Part shown: piece by piece, positions 11,611-22,744 of the stretch | Numbering within the stretch: the first letter of the stretch is position 1 | Layout: every line of letters begins with the position of its first letter | Assembly (NCBI GenBank): GCA_038087875.1 | Contig: CM075989.1 | Location: 7,256,001-7,320,000, forward strand | Source of the DNA: Malacoraja senta | Taxonomy: Eukaryota | DNA length: 64,000 bases | Direction of reading: 5' to 3' | The notes under the pieces: model-generated | Told to the model about the DNA's origin: nothing | Seen by the model: the letters and a program-made list of their open reading frames with translations, nothing else | Databases searched by the model: none | Made by a program: the position numbers and the translations under genes

Positions 11611-13253
11611 GCTGTTCCTTCTTGTTGCTGAACCCAAATTCTTGAACCCGAAGCACTAGCAAATTAAGAAGTTCATCGCTATCTTTTAAGTGCCTTGAGG
11701 GATGAGCAACATACTGTGACCCCACCAACAATGATTACATCCTGCAGAATAAGTCTCTCCAAAATGGCTGGACTCTCCAGGTTCCCATAGGATTGCAGCA
11801 GTTCTTGCATTGATCACACAAAATATATATTTTCAACCAAAGTATAACACAAAAATATTATGATTAGTAGCAGACCTGGTGCTTTTTATGGCAGGTAAGT
11901 TTGACGATGTTATAAAAAAAAAAAAAACATCAGTATCAGTAATTTACCTAGGTTGGTTGCCTTGCTTGTATTTCAGAACACTGGAGGCCAGTACATAAGT
12001 GGAGTGTAGTTCTTGACCTGCTCCTAGAACCTGTGCTGAACGATAATGAGTATCCATTCTTATTTTTCAGGCCGTTATTGCCTTCGGGCTGTTGTACACA
12101 GCGCGCAAGCTGGTGGTTCCTTGTATAATTGTAAAGCCGTTTTTTGGCCAGTGTTATCCTGCCTGTTGCCTTTGGGCTGCTGTCTGTGAAAGGAGGAACA
12201 GAGTCAGGCCTGTTTTCGTGCTGTATCAGGGTGAATGATTTTAAAATAATTCAATTCGGGGATGTGAAAAGGAACCTTGTTTTATAAATGCCCACTGCTT
12301 CTCCATGCAAACACTCTCTGACAGCTACAATTCACGAGTAATATTGAAGAAGGGAAGACTGATAAAGCTTGCATTGATGAGGAGCAGAGTCTGGATGTGA
12401 GCATAAGGTAGTATAATAGAAATCCCACATCAGCCTGTGACCGCCTATAATGTGGCAGTTGAGTTTTTGGGCTGTGCGGATTAAAGGGAAATGGACTTGT
12501 GTGTGCAGCTGTTTAGAATTGCAAAACACTGACTTAGTAGAAACCTTGATGGAAGTGCAAGAGGACTTCTCTATCGTAGCAGGAAGAAAAATTTGATACC
12601 TCTGCAAGAAAATGAGATCTGGCTTTCATGGGATCTCGGATAAAAATAAAATGGGACCCCTGGAACTCGTGGCTAGGTGTTGGGGCAAATGTGATAACTC
12701 AAAAATATCTCAAATATATTCAATTTCTAAACTGATAGCACTAAAAACAGCAGAAACAAATAAGCTTTTTTGGTATGAAGGGTCCTGATCCGAAATGTCA
12801 ACCATTCGTTTTCTCGAGAGATACTTAGTTACTCCAGCACTTTGTGTCTACCTTTAACACAAAAGACCAGCATTCACTGGGCTCTTGACCTCCCTCATCT
12901 CTCATCCATCTGTTGCCCTCCCAGATCTTAAAACATCCCCCAAATCAAGGTTCCCAACCCAAAAGGTTGCCTGTCCATTCCCTCCTCGGATGCTACCTGA
13001 CTTGCTGAATTCCTCCAGCACTTATTGTTCATTTCGCATTTGCCTGATTTTTGCCTCCAAGCAACAACACCCTTCCCTCTGTGCCATCTTCCACCTCTTG
13101 CCACCATGTGATGTTTACTGCTTTGATAATACAATTTAATGTGATTAATTATTGTCTCAATGTTTAATCGCCTTAAAAGTAAATCATTGTTTATTTGGCC
13201 TTGGTTTGTAAAATAAGGGTAAGAGTTGGTGTAATTTAGAATGGGAAGACCTA

Positions 13254-13652
13254 AAACATAGAAACATAGAAAATAGGTGCAGGAGTAGGCCATTCGGCCC
13301 TTCGAGCCTGCACCGCCATACGATATGATCATGGCTGATCATCCAACTCAGTATCCCATCCCTGCCTTCTCTCCATATCCCCTGATCCATTTAGCCACAA
13401 GGGCCACATCTAACTCCCTCTTAAATATAGCCAATGTACTGGCCTCAACTACCTTCTGTGGCAGAGAATTCCACAGATTCACCACTCTCTGTGTAAAAAT
13501 GATTTTCTCATCTCGGTCCTAAAGACTTCCCTCTTATCCTTAAACTGTGACCCCTAGTTCTGGACTTCCCCAACATCGGGAATAATCTTCCTGCATCTAG
13601 CCTGTCCAACCCTAGAAACCCTAAGTTTCTATAAGATCCCCCTCAATCTTCT
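13254..13652 (-). mobile_element. CR1 (HER1-like) LINE 3' fragment with (TTCTATGT)n tail
   Basis: Near-identical antisense of 58640-59049; begins with acatagaaacatagaaa repeats. Confidence 0.9.
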
Positions 13653-14483
13653 AAGTAAAGATCCCCCTCAATGGCTTCAGTAAAAATTGTAAGTAAGTAG
13701 AAAACTGGATTGGGATGAGTGATTCTAGTAGTCACTTTAATTATAATGAAGGCCTACCTTAAGCCTGTAAAACTAGACTTGTTCTAATCATTGGGCCTGC
13801 AGTGATTAGCTTTTATCATTAGCGTGGCCAATAAAACTTGAATTTGCCATTTTTTGTGAACTGGGCAGATGAATGAATGAAATGAGAGTGTGATATTTGG
13901 TGAAAATGAGCATTCTGCAAAGAATGAAACAATTGCTCACTGTCTGTGTACATGGTTTCAACGAGCAGTTAATTGCATCAGCTATGCGCTTATACGAGTC
14001 TGCAAGCAGGTAAACCACATAAAATAGGGCATTGAAGGAAGTGGATTTTCAGCCGTTCATTCCATTGTCGCAGTTTGTTGCAATACACTGATGCTCAGCT
14101 CGTTTTACAAAGTATATCAGTGTTGTGAAGAGAGATGCTGTACACACCACATTCTCTTGCACCACTACTGAACGGATTAACAGTCAATTGTTTACAGTTA
14201 GACTGTGCTGTATACTTTGTTAAAAATAACAGTTTAGAAACAGTCCATTGCACACGATGCACATTTTTTTCCCATTTTGTTCTTTGGATGTGGGGATCAT
14301 GACCAAAACCAGCATTCACTGCCCTTGTGTGGTTACTTGTGAGGTGTGTGGTAGTTCAGCGTTGCACAGTACTTTGATAGAGTAGGGTTGTCGAGCGCAT
14401 CTGTTGTTCTGGAGTCGGGTGTGGGGGCCAGATCAGGCAAGGGTTGTGCATTTCCTTCCTTAATGGCAACACTGCACAAAAGA

Positions 14484-14768
14484 GCGGCACGGTGGAGCAG
14501 CGGTATAGTTGCTGCCTTACCTAGCTGGAGACCCAGGTTCGATCCTGACCACAGGTGCTGTCTGTACAGAGTTTGTACGTTCTCCCTGTGACTGCATGGA
14601 TTTTCCCTAAGTGCGCCAGTTTCCTCCCACACTCCAAAGACCTACAGGTTTGTAAGTTAATTGGCTTCAGTAAAAATTGTAAGTCAGTAGAATAGTGCTA
14701 GTGTACAGGGATCGCTGGTCGGTATGGACTCAGTTGGACAAAGGCCTTTCTACACTGAACTAAACTAA
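14484..14768 (+). mobile_element. tRNA-derived V-SINE (HE1-like)
   Basis: A-box-like tggagcagcgg, B box ggttcgatcc, V-domain gagtttgtacgttctccc...gtttcctcccacactccaaagac, and (ctaaa)n tail. Confidence 0.85.
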
Positions 14769-15009
14769 TTAGATGTGTGGTTTTGTGGTTATCATTATTG
14801 TCCTCTTGTATATATGCCAGATTAATTTAAATTCTGCAGTACTGTGTAGCGAAATAATAGTGCAGACTTGGATTACTAATCAACCAACATCAATACTATG
14901 TCATCATACCTTTGTGAAAATGTTACCGATTGTGCCTATGTATAGTAAGATTTTCATTGAACTGCAAAAAGGGATTTCATTGTATCTAGGTATATGTGAC
15001 AACAATATA

Positions 15010-15240
15010 TCATAGTCATAGTGTGGGAACCTGCCCAACTTGCCCACACTGACCAACATGCCCCATCTTCACTCGTCCCACCTCCTTGCGTTTGGCTCAT
15101 ATCCCTCTAAACCTATCCCATCCATGTACCTGTCGAAATGTTTCTTAAACGGTGCAATAGTCCCTGCCTCAACTACCTCCTCCAGAAGCTCGTTCCATGC
15201 ACCCACCGCCCTTTGTGTAAGAAAAAATGTTGCCCCTCGG
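15010..15240 (-). mobile_element. CR1-clade LINE 3' fragment
   Basis: Minus translation TQRAVGAWNELLEEVVEAGTIAPFKKHFDRYMDGIGLEGY. Confidence 0.85.
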
Positions 15241-15284
15241 GTGAACCATTGAACCATTAAATCCCAGTTTTTGTCCTTTTATGA

Positions 15285-15490
15285 AGACACAAGAAACTAC
15301 AGATGCTAGAACCTTGAGCAAAACAGTGCTACAGGAACTCGGCAGGTCTGGCAGAATCTGCAGTGGGAATGGAGAGGCAACGTCTCTGGTTCAGGGTTCA
15401 GTCAGAAGAAGGGTCCCAACCCGAAGCACCACCTTGTCCATCCCCTTCACAGAGACTGCCAGACCCGCTGAATTCCTCCAGCACTTAGTG
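15285..15490. mobile_element. Fold-back PLE pLTR mini-element (decayed)
   Basis: Inverted pair of pLTR arms around ttcagtcagaagaagggtcccaacccgaag. Confidence 0.65.
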
Positions 15491-16994
15491 TTGTGGTTTG
15501 CCCTTTATGATATAGGCTCTGTTTTGTGTATGTATCAGTGGGTGAATTGATGCTTGAAATCTAAAACACACAACCAAGCATGTCATACACATTGTGTAGA
15601 TCGGAACAGCCTAGTGTGGGATGCTGGTTTTATTTGCAGATATCCACATTAAGATTTGCATTGAATTAAATTTAGACAAAACCCACAAAAGATTTTGACA
15701 GGAAATTTCACCAATTGACGTGCACTACTCACCAGGTTGGGTTTGCTTTGATCTCCTTCTAAGTGACAGCAAGATTGAGAGAAGATAGAGACACTGCAGT
15801 AAGTAGACATGGTCGCAGTATTTTACTCGGTTGTTGGCAAGGATCAGAAGTGGAGAGAGCTTGACTCTGCTCCTCCTTGCTGTCTGACATGGAGAAAGCC
15901 AGCGAGTTGTCTATTTCCTTCTACCGCCACTGCTCCACCACCTCACTCCCCACCTCCACGTATCTATAGCAACCTGCGTGTAAATGGAGGAAGGTAAACG
16001 TTATGTCTTCCACTTAGGATTTAATAAAAGTTAGATCTCAGACTGTGCCTCATACAAGACAAAACTTCCCTGCAGAGTAGTGGTAGCTGTGTAAACTAAT
16101 TTAGTGTGGGTATAAAATATCTTTAACCTTCACAGATGCTCTTGTGGCTGGGAGCTTTGGTTTAAATGCTGCTTTTTGGCAACTTTGATTTAATTACTTC
16201 ATGTTATTTGAACCAAAAGGAGCAGTGTCGGTTCACTCCTAGTCCCCATTTGCAGTGTTAATGTGAAAGGTTGTGGCCATTTTCATATGCTGTGCTGAAA
16301 CTTGTCTCTTTTCATTTCTATGCAGCGTCCTCCATTCTGTTGCTTGTTGTATGGAGGGCACATAGGTTCAGCAGAACACTCCATGCGTGAACTCTCTCAA
16401 TAACCCCAAAGAGCTTTTTGTTAATCCAGGGCCAAGGGTCCCGGGACTCTTGATTTCAAGGTTGGCATCTTGTAATTGTAATGCTGGAGAAGAAAGGCAA
16501 GGGGAATAGTATCACTGCTGTGCGGAGAGAGTCCTTTTGACAGGGAGCTTCATGAATCTGCTTGAGAAAAGCTTACACATTGTCTTCTCCCAGCGTTTAC
16601 GTGTGGAAATGTTCACACAAGTCCAGAAAGTTGTCCGAACTCCCGACAGTTTGGGTCAGGAGTGTCAGATACTTGTAATCCTTTTATTTCTGGCTATCAA
16701 AAAAACCTGTCAACACCCACGATGATAAATTGTCAGGAAGCATGCATGCAGTTGGCATTTTGGCATCAGTGGAAGCTGTTTTTAAATATTGGTTTAAGGG
16801 AAGTATTTAGAATTTCTGCTACTGAAGCAACCTCCCCTCTTAATTCCTTCTAACACAGCAATCTCTGCATTAATTTGCATTGATTTGAAACTGTTTTCAC
16901 AGCAGTACATCTGTGAATGTAGTGAGGTCAGAGAATGTTAGGGCTTGCCCAGCTCGATCGAGGTGCTCATCTGTGGAAAAGACAGGACATTTCT

Positions 16995-17418
16995 GTAGGG
17001 AGAGGTTGAGTAGGCTGGGTCTCTATTCCATGGAGTGTAGGAGGATGAGGGGAGATCTTAAAGAGGTATACAAAATCATGATGGGAATAGATCGGGTAGA
17101 TGCACAGAGTCTTTTACCCAGAGTAGGGGAATCGAGGACATAGGTTCAAGGTGAAGGGGAAAAGATTTAATAGGAATCCGAGGGGTAACCTTTTCACATA
17201 AAGGGTGGTGTGTGTGTGGAACAAGCTGCCAGAGGAGGTAGCTGAGGCTTGGACTATCCCATCGTTTAAGAAATAGTTGGACAGGTACATGGATAGGACA
17301 GGTTTGGAGGGTTATGGACCAAGCGCAGGCAAGTGGGACTAGTGTAGCTAGGACATTGTTGGGCGAGTTGGGCCGAAGGGCCTGTTTCCACACTGTATTT
17401 ATCTATGACTCTATGACA
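16995..17418 (+). mobile_element. CR1-clade LINE 3' fragment with (CTATGACT)n tail
   Basis: RERLSRLGLYSMECRRMRGDLKEVYKIM...; the 3' end is gggccgaagggcctgtttccacactgt...ctatgactctatgac. Confidence 0.9.
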
Positions 17419-17484
17419 TCCCTCTAGTGCTGGCTTACCAAATAGTTTAAATGTATCTCCTGCATTGCTTTTTCAGGGAAGCTT

Positions 17485-17900
17485 CTCCATTTCACACAGA
17501 CCAGACTCCCCACCATTGACTCCATCTAAACTTCATGTTGCTTCAGGAAAGTAGCCAACATAATCAGACCTTTTCCACCCTGGTCATTGCTCCTCCTTCC
17601 CACCCCGACCCCCTTCCAGACTCGGGAACAGCTTCCTCCCCTCTGTTATCAGGCTTCTGAACTGCCCTTCTATAAGTTAGGGTACTATCTGATTCTCTAC
17701 CCCATTGCGGCTCTTGGACTTTGTCTCTGGAACTGTTGTGCTGCAATCAAAGAATTATATTCTGCATCTTTCCCTTTACTTTATTTATGATAACCGAGTT
17801 TGGCTTGATTGTACATGTGTGTGATATAATCTGAATGAATGGTTAGTATGCAGAACAAAACCTTTCACTGTACCACAGTATATGTGACAATAATAAACTC
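17485..17900 (+). mobile_element. Rex1/Babar LINE 3' fragment (decayed)
   Basis: Remnants of the LPTIDSI and NSFFP..IRLLN blocks; ends in tttcactgtaccacagtatatgtgacaataataaac. Confidence 0.65.
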
Positions 17901-18559
17901 GGCATAAACCTTTCACGTTTTGAATAGCCCACTGTATAGCTAGTGGGGACCACCCATATTGTAATTGTTGTCCGCCATGCACTATGTATAGATAATCCTG
18001 CTTTTCCACTGACTGTTGAGAGATTAACATTGGACAAGACACTGGGAAGAGCTTGAACTACTTTAACAAGCGATTTTTGTAGTTTTATCAGAGGGGTGAA
18101 ACAGGATCACTGTTTAATATTTCACCTGATGGGCAACACCTCCAATAATCCAGAGCTGGATGTGTCAGGTTTGTGGAGTGAGAAAGCAATCTACTGAACC
18201 ATAGATAAATTGACATAACAATATCTTGAAGATCTTCTCAGATTAAACTCCTCTTGGAATATGAAGGTTCTTGCATTTGGCTTGGGGGTGCTAAGGATGT
18301 ATCTGGGATGGAAGCCTGGAAGGGAAAGACCAATACAAACGTTTTAGAATTGTAATTTAGTTCTTCAGTCAGCAAGCTGGGGCATGGCAAGACGAAGGAA
18401 GATAAAGCTTTGTCCAAGTGCAACAAGGCTCCAAGGTGGGGATATTGCTGGGAAGTGGGACATGGTAACATCAGTGCACGGAAGCAGAGGGGCGGCTGCT
18501 GGAAGCAATGGATGGAATATTTGCAGCGGTTGGGGTGTTGCTGCAGGAGGCTCTACAGC

Positions 18560-18890
18560 AGCCGTGCGATCGAGCGCAGCTGCACGGAGTGGCGGTGGAT
18601 GGAGCCGATGTCATCGTGCTGGGCCAGGCCGACCCCATCATCATCGATCCAGTGCCACCAGGACACCCGGCCTTAACGTGAGGAAATAAGAAATCTCACA
18701 GCTTTGGGCCAATGTTGAACTTTGCAGAGACTTGGAATTCGTAAGATGGTGCTGGAACGTGGCGACTCTCTGCGTGCTGTTCCTGTGGAGGGTCTACTGT
18801 GCTCATGTCAAGCATCATTTGACTGGATAGCATGCAGAACAAGCTTTTCACTATATCTCAGTACATGTAACAATAAATAAACAAAACTAA
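18560..18890 (+). mobile_element. GC-rich non-coding retroposon with Rex-type tail ('AAGATGGCG' family)
   Basis: Contains aagatggtgctggaacgtggcgactct, also seen in antisense at about 34445, 40130, 41850 and 47980. Ends in ttttcactatatctcagtacatgtaacaataaa. Confidence 0.5.
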
Positions 18891-19604
18891 ATGATAGTGA
18901 AGCAAGATCTCACTCAACATGTCTATGAATTCTATCCATCTATTATATGATTGCAAACGCAACAGAACATTTTCCAGTCTACTTCCTCCTGTGATACAGC
19001 AGTTTCATGTCTGCGGGCTGAGCACTGCATGAAGACTCTACTCCTAAACCAAATGAAGAATTTATCATCATTCCCTTGTCTAAAATTATCTTTCACAGCT
19101 CTCTGGTAATCCAGTTAAATAGAAAAGATGGACTTGCCCTTTGACACGCAGCTCCACCTGCTGAATGCTCGGTTCAATGTGTTCACAGCATGCTATTAAC
19201 CTTTACTTCAAAGGGTTCATTGGATTTTTTTGGGTCACTTGTTACAGGCAGGGTGTTTCCTTCACTTGCAGAATGACTCTGCTTTGGGTAAGAGATTCTC
19301 CTGCTCCCGATACACACTGTAGTAATCTGTTTTATTTCCGAAGATGATTTTTGCCTTGGTTTCTGCACTTCGTAACATCAGGGATGAACCAAATAGAATG
19401 ATCTAAAAAATATATACAATGGGTCGGTGGTCATCGTTGACCTTGGCACTTAAGTTCGATGATGGGATTGGAGAGGGCACAGATCAAGATCCGTGGCATT
19501 TTCCAGTGATTCCTGCTATTGAAAAGTGCCATGTCAAAGGCAGATCGGGAGCGAGCCTTGCATTCCTATAGTTGCCTTCACCTCGGAATGTTTGATGTTT
19601 TTGC

Positions 19605-20016
19605 AGTTTAGTTCAGAAACACAGCCTGGAAATAGGCCCTTTGGCACCCATTTGGCCCGCCATCGATGACCCTTTCACACCAGTCTGAAGAAGGGTCTCG
19701 ACCCAAAACATCACCGATTCCTTTTCTCCAGAGATGCTGTCTGACCTGCTGAGTTACTCCAGCTTTTTGTGTCTAGTTCTATGTTGCCCCATCTTTAAAT
19801 CCACTCCCTGCACACTAGGGGGAATTTACAGCAACCAATTAAGCCAAAAACCCGCACGTCTTTAGGATGAGGGAAGAAACCGGAGCACCCGGAAGAAACC
19901 CGCGCAATCACAGGGAGAGCATGCAAACTCCATACAGACAGCACCCGTGGTGAGGATTGAACCTGTGTCTCCAGCGCTGGGGCCGCAGCTCTATCTGCTG
20001 CACCACTGTGATGCCC
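19605..20016 (-). mobile_element. V-SINE (HE1-like) interrupted by a pLTR fragment at about 19682-19774
   Basis: Antisense SINE tail, V-domain and head. The inserted cagtctgaagaagggtctcgacccaaaac...ttactccagctttttgtgtc splits it. Confidence 0.85.
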
Positions 20017-20714
20017 CAGTTATTGGAGTGTTTTGTAGGAAATATTGTTCATAAGTCACAGGAGCAGAATTGGGCCTGGGCCATTTAGCCCATCGAGTCT
20101 ATGCCACCATTCAATCAAGGCGGATCTATCTTTCCATCTTAACCCCATTCTCCTGCCCTCTCACCCATAACCTCTTGACATTGATATATCACACGGAAGT
20201 TTTGTTTGAACATTTCCATTGTGGTATATCAAGTTTTTTTGTAATAAGAAATGAGAATAGGAAGCTTGGTGAAATGTCCTGTCATCTCCCTGGACCCTAG
20301 TTTAATTCAATGGAAATGTTCAAACAAAACTTCCGTGTGTGCTTTTCAGATCTCTTAAATCCCTTACTTTTTATAAGTGTTCCAATGATATTTTTGGCAT
20401 TTTAAAGCCGAGGGTGAAAGACGGCAAGATGAAGGAAGATAAAGCATTCAATGCTGCTTCTGTGTGGAGTTAGCACAGTGCCTCGCCAAGAGTCACAGGT
20501 TTCCAGCAGGCTCGGAGTTTAGTCCAGCAATAAGATCACTTTGTGATGTTGATTGAGGAATAAATAGTCGCTCAGCCATCTGGGTTCTGGGGATAGTTTC
20601 CCTTTTCTGCATTGATCTTTCTTGCTACTGAATGTTAGTTGATTTCCACAGGAGATTATGATGAAAGTCAATGCGCGCTACACCTGGCACATAAAGTGGA
20701 TGACGCATGCATTT

Positions 20715-20825
20715 AGGATCTTGGTTTAATCTTTACAAAATTGCACCTTTAGCAGTGCAGCACACCTTGCCTTTGCACTGGAAAACCAGCCAAGCATTTT
20801 GTGCTCCAGCCTCTGGAATGGGAAG
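20715..20825 (-). mobile_element. Ancient Deu-domain-type SINE remnant
   Basis: ggtttaat...gcacctttagcagtgcagcac...tgcactgga...ttttgtgctccagcctctggaatggga resembles the antisense of shark DeuSINE (SacSINE1-like) sequence as I recall it; heavily decayed. Confidence 0.45.
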
Positions 20826-20895
20826 CAATAAAACCACAAACATAGAACAGTACAGCACAGGATCAAGCCCTTTAGCCTGCACACCACCAGCCTCA

Positions 20896-21320
20896 AGGGC
20901 CTGTCCCACTTTCACAACTAAATTCAAAACCTCTGCCGGGTTTAAAGAACCTAAAAAAGAAAAATCAAGATCGTGGTAATCTACGAACTCCTCCGACCTT
21001 CCACGATTATGTTCACAAACTCCTACGAGTATGTCTACGAATTCCCATGACTATTCGATGTCCTCCTTACGAGTAAAAAGTTGCAATTTCTTTCATCCCG
21101 ACCATTTTGTTTAACTCGTCGACATTTTTTATCGGGCTGGAAAAAACGTCCCGACTTGCCTGATGCCACGTGTACCTACGGCTAGCATAACGAGCCGCTA
21201 CGATATATCTACAAACTCCTCCGACCTCTTACGGACACGTTAAGAACATTCTGCGAGTTTGAATTGAGGAGAAAACCCGGGAGAATTCGTGAATTACCTC
21301 GTGAAAGTGGGACAGGCCCT
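20896..21320. mobile_element. PIF/Harbinger-type MITE
   Basis: TIRs agggcctgtcccactttcac / gtgaaagtgggacaggccct; 3-bp TSD TCA (20893-20895, 21321-21323); no ORF. Confidence 0.85.
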
Positions 21321-21347
21321 TCAGGAATTCCCTCTGTAATCTGGCTT

Positions 21348-21720
21348 CTTTTTTTTTTTTTTTTTTTTAATTTTTATTTATTAGAAGTACATTACATTAC
21401 AACCACATACATTAGTACTCGTCACTTATGTCTTCTTACAATTAATGTACTCCATTTATTTTTTACACTAGAAAAAGAAAAGATTGAAAGAAAGAAGAAA
21501 GTGAAGGAAAAAGTGAAAGTGTAGAAAATGTGACGACAAAAAAGGACGAAGACCCTATAAGAGCAAAATTAAAAAACAAAAGAAAAAGAGTTAAGAAATA
21601 GACCCTAGAAAAGAAGGAGAAAGAGAAAGAGGAAAAAGAGAGAAACAAATATTTTTATGAGCATTACGTAAATGGGACATACCAACTCTTCAACTAGCAT
21701 CCCCCCTTACCTGACCTCAA
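21348..21720 (-). mobile_element. Poly(A)-tailed retrocopy 3' end (L1/Tx1-like UTR)
   Basis: The minus strand ends in taataaataaaaatt(a)n, preceded by a pyrimidine-rich UTR-like tract. No coding part is present. Confidence 0.5.
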
Positions 21721-22372
21721 TTTTTTTTTAAAGTACTAAAGTCTTAGCATTCCTTCCGAGCTAGGATACTGTTCAATTCACCTCGACCCCATTGAGGACA
21801 TTGGACTTTGTCTATAGAACTGATGTGCTACAATACAGAGAAATATATCCTACACTCTTTATCTTCCTCTTTGCTCTATCTATTGTATTTGCATTTGAAA
21901 TGATTGTATCTATGTATTGTAAATCTGATCTGTTTGGATAACATGCATAAACAAAGCTTTTCACTGTATCTCTGTACACATGACAATAATAAACCTAAAC
22001 CTGCTCCTGTTCTTAGCAAACAATCTTATTTCTGAATCTTTTCCACAACCATATTACTTTTGACTATTTTAAATTTGACAGGTTTGTTTAGCTTGCCATT
22101 GAGCACTTAACATTTCTTTTCGATGTTCATGTGCAAGTCATATTGTGTATTCACAATTCAATCACCTTTTAACACCCCACCAAGATTTTCTGCCTTGGTT
22201 TGGTTTTATTTCAGACCGACAAAAAGAAAGGGAATGTTATTCATTTGGGAGTTGTTTCTGTGAGCTATTCTATTTCACTGCCTTAAGTTGCAAAGGACAG
22301 TTATGATGAAAGTCAAGTGGTGCATGAAACCCGGTGCCTAAAGGGAAGGCCAGAATGATGAGGCAACTATTT

Positions 22373-22744
22373 AAGAAGGAACTGCAGATGCTGGAAAAGC
22401 AAAGGTAGACAAAAATGCTGGAGAAACTCAGCGGGTGAGGCGGCATTTATGGAGCGAAGGAAATAGGCGACGTTTCGGGTTGAGACCCTTCTTCAGACTG
22501 ATGTGGGGGTGGGGAGGGTGGGAAGAAGAAAGGAAGAGCAGGAGACAGTGGGCTGAGCGAGAGCTGGGAAGGGCAGGGGAAAGAAGGAAAAAGCACGGAC
22601 TACCAAAAATTGGAGAAGTCAATGTTCATACCGCTGGGGTGTAAACTACGAAATGTTTAAGAAGGAACTGCAGATGCTGGAATATCGAAGGTAGACAAAA
22701 ATGCTGGAGAAACTCAGTGGGTGAGGCAGCATCTATGGAGCGAA
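22373..22744 (-). mobile_element. Partial-tandem PLE insertion (pLTR + GIY-YIG end + pLTR)
   Basis: Two direct pLTR copies; flanking direct repeat gcaactattt(aa) at 22363 and 22745. Confidence 0.85.

Noticed and set aside
14484..14560. tRNA-like A/B boxes (here and in other copies)
   Set aside because: They are SINE heads followed by the V-domain; no complete cloverleaf, so not called tRNA genes.
20659..20705. ATGATGA as a C/D snoRNA C box (also 22303, 22355)
   Set aside because: No appropriately placed CTGA D box or terminal stem.
22200..22270. Possible 45-nt exon (ttcag|ACCGAC...TCT|gtgagc)
   Set aside because: Weak donor, unrecognisable peptide and no supporting neighbouring exons.
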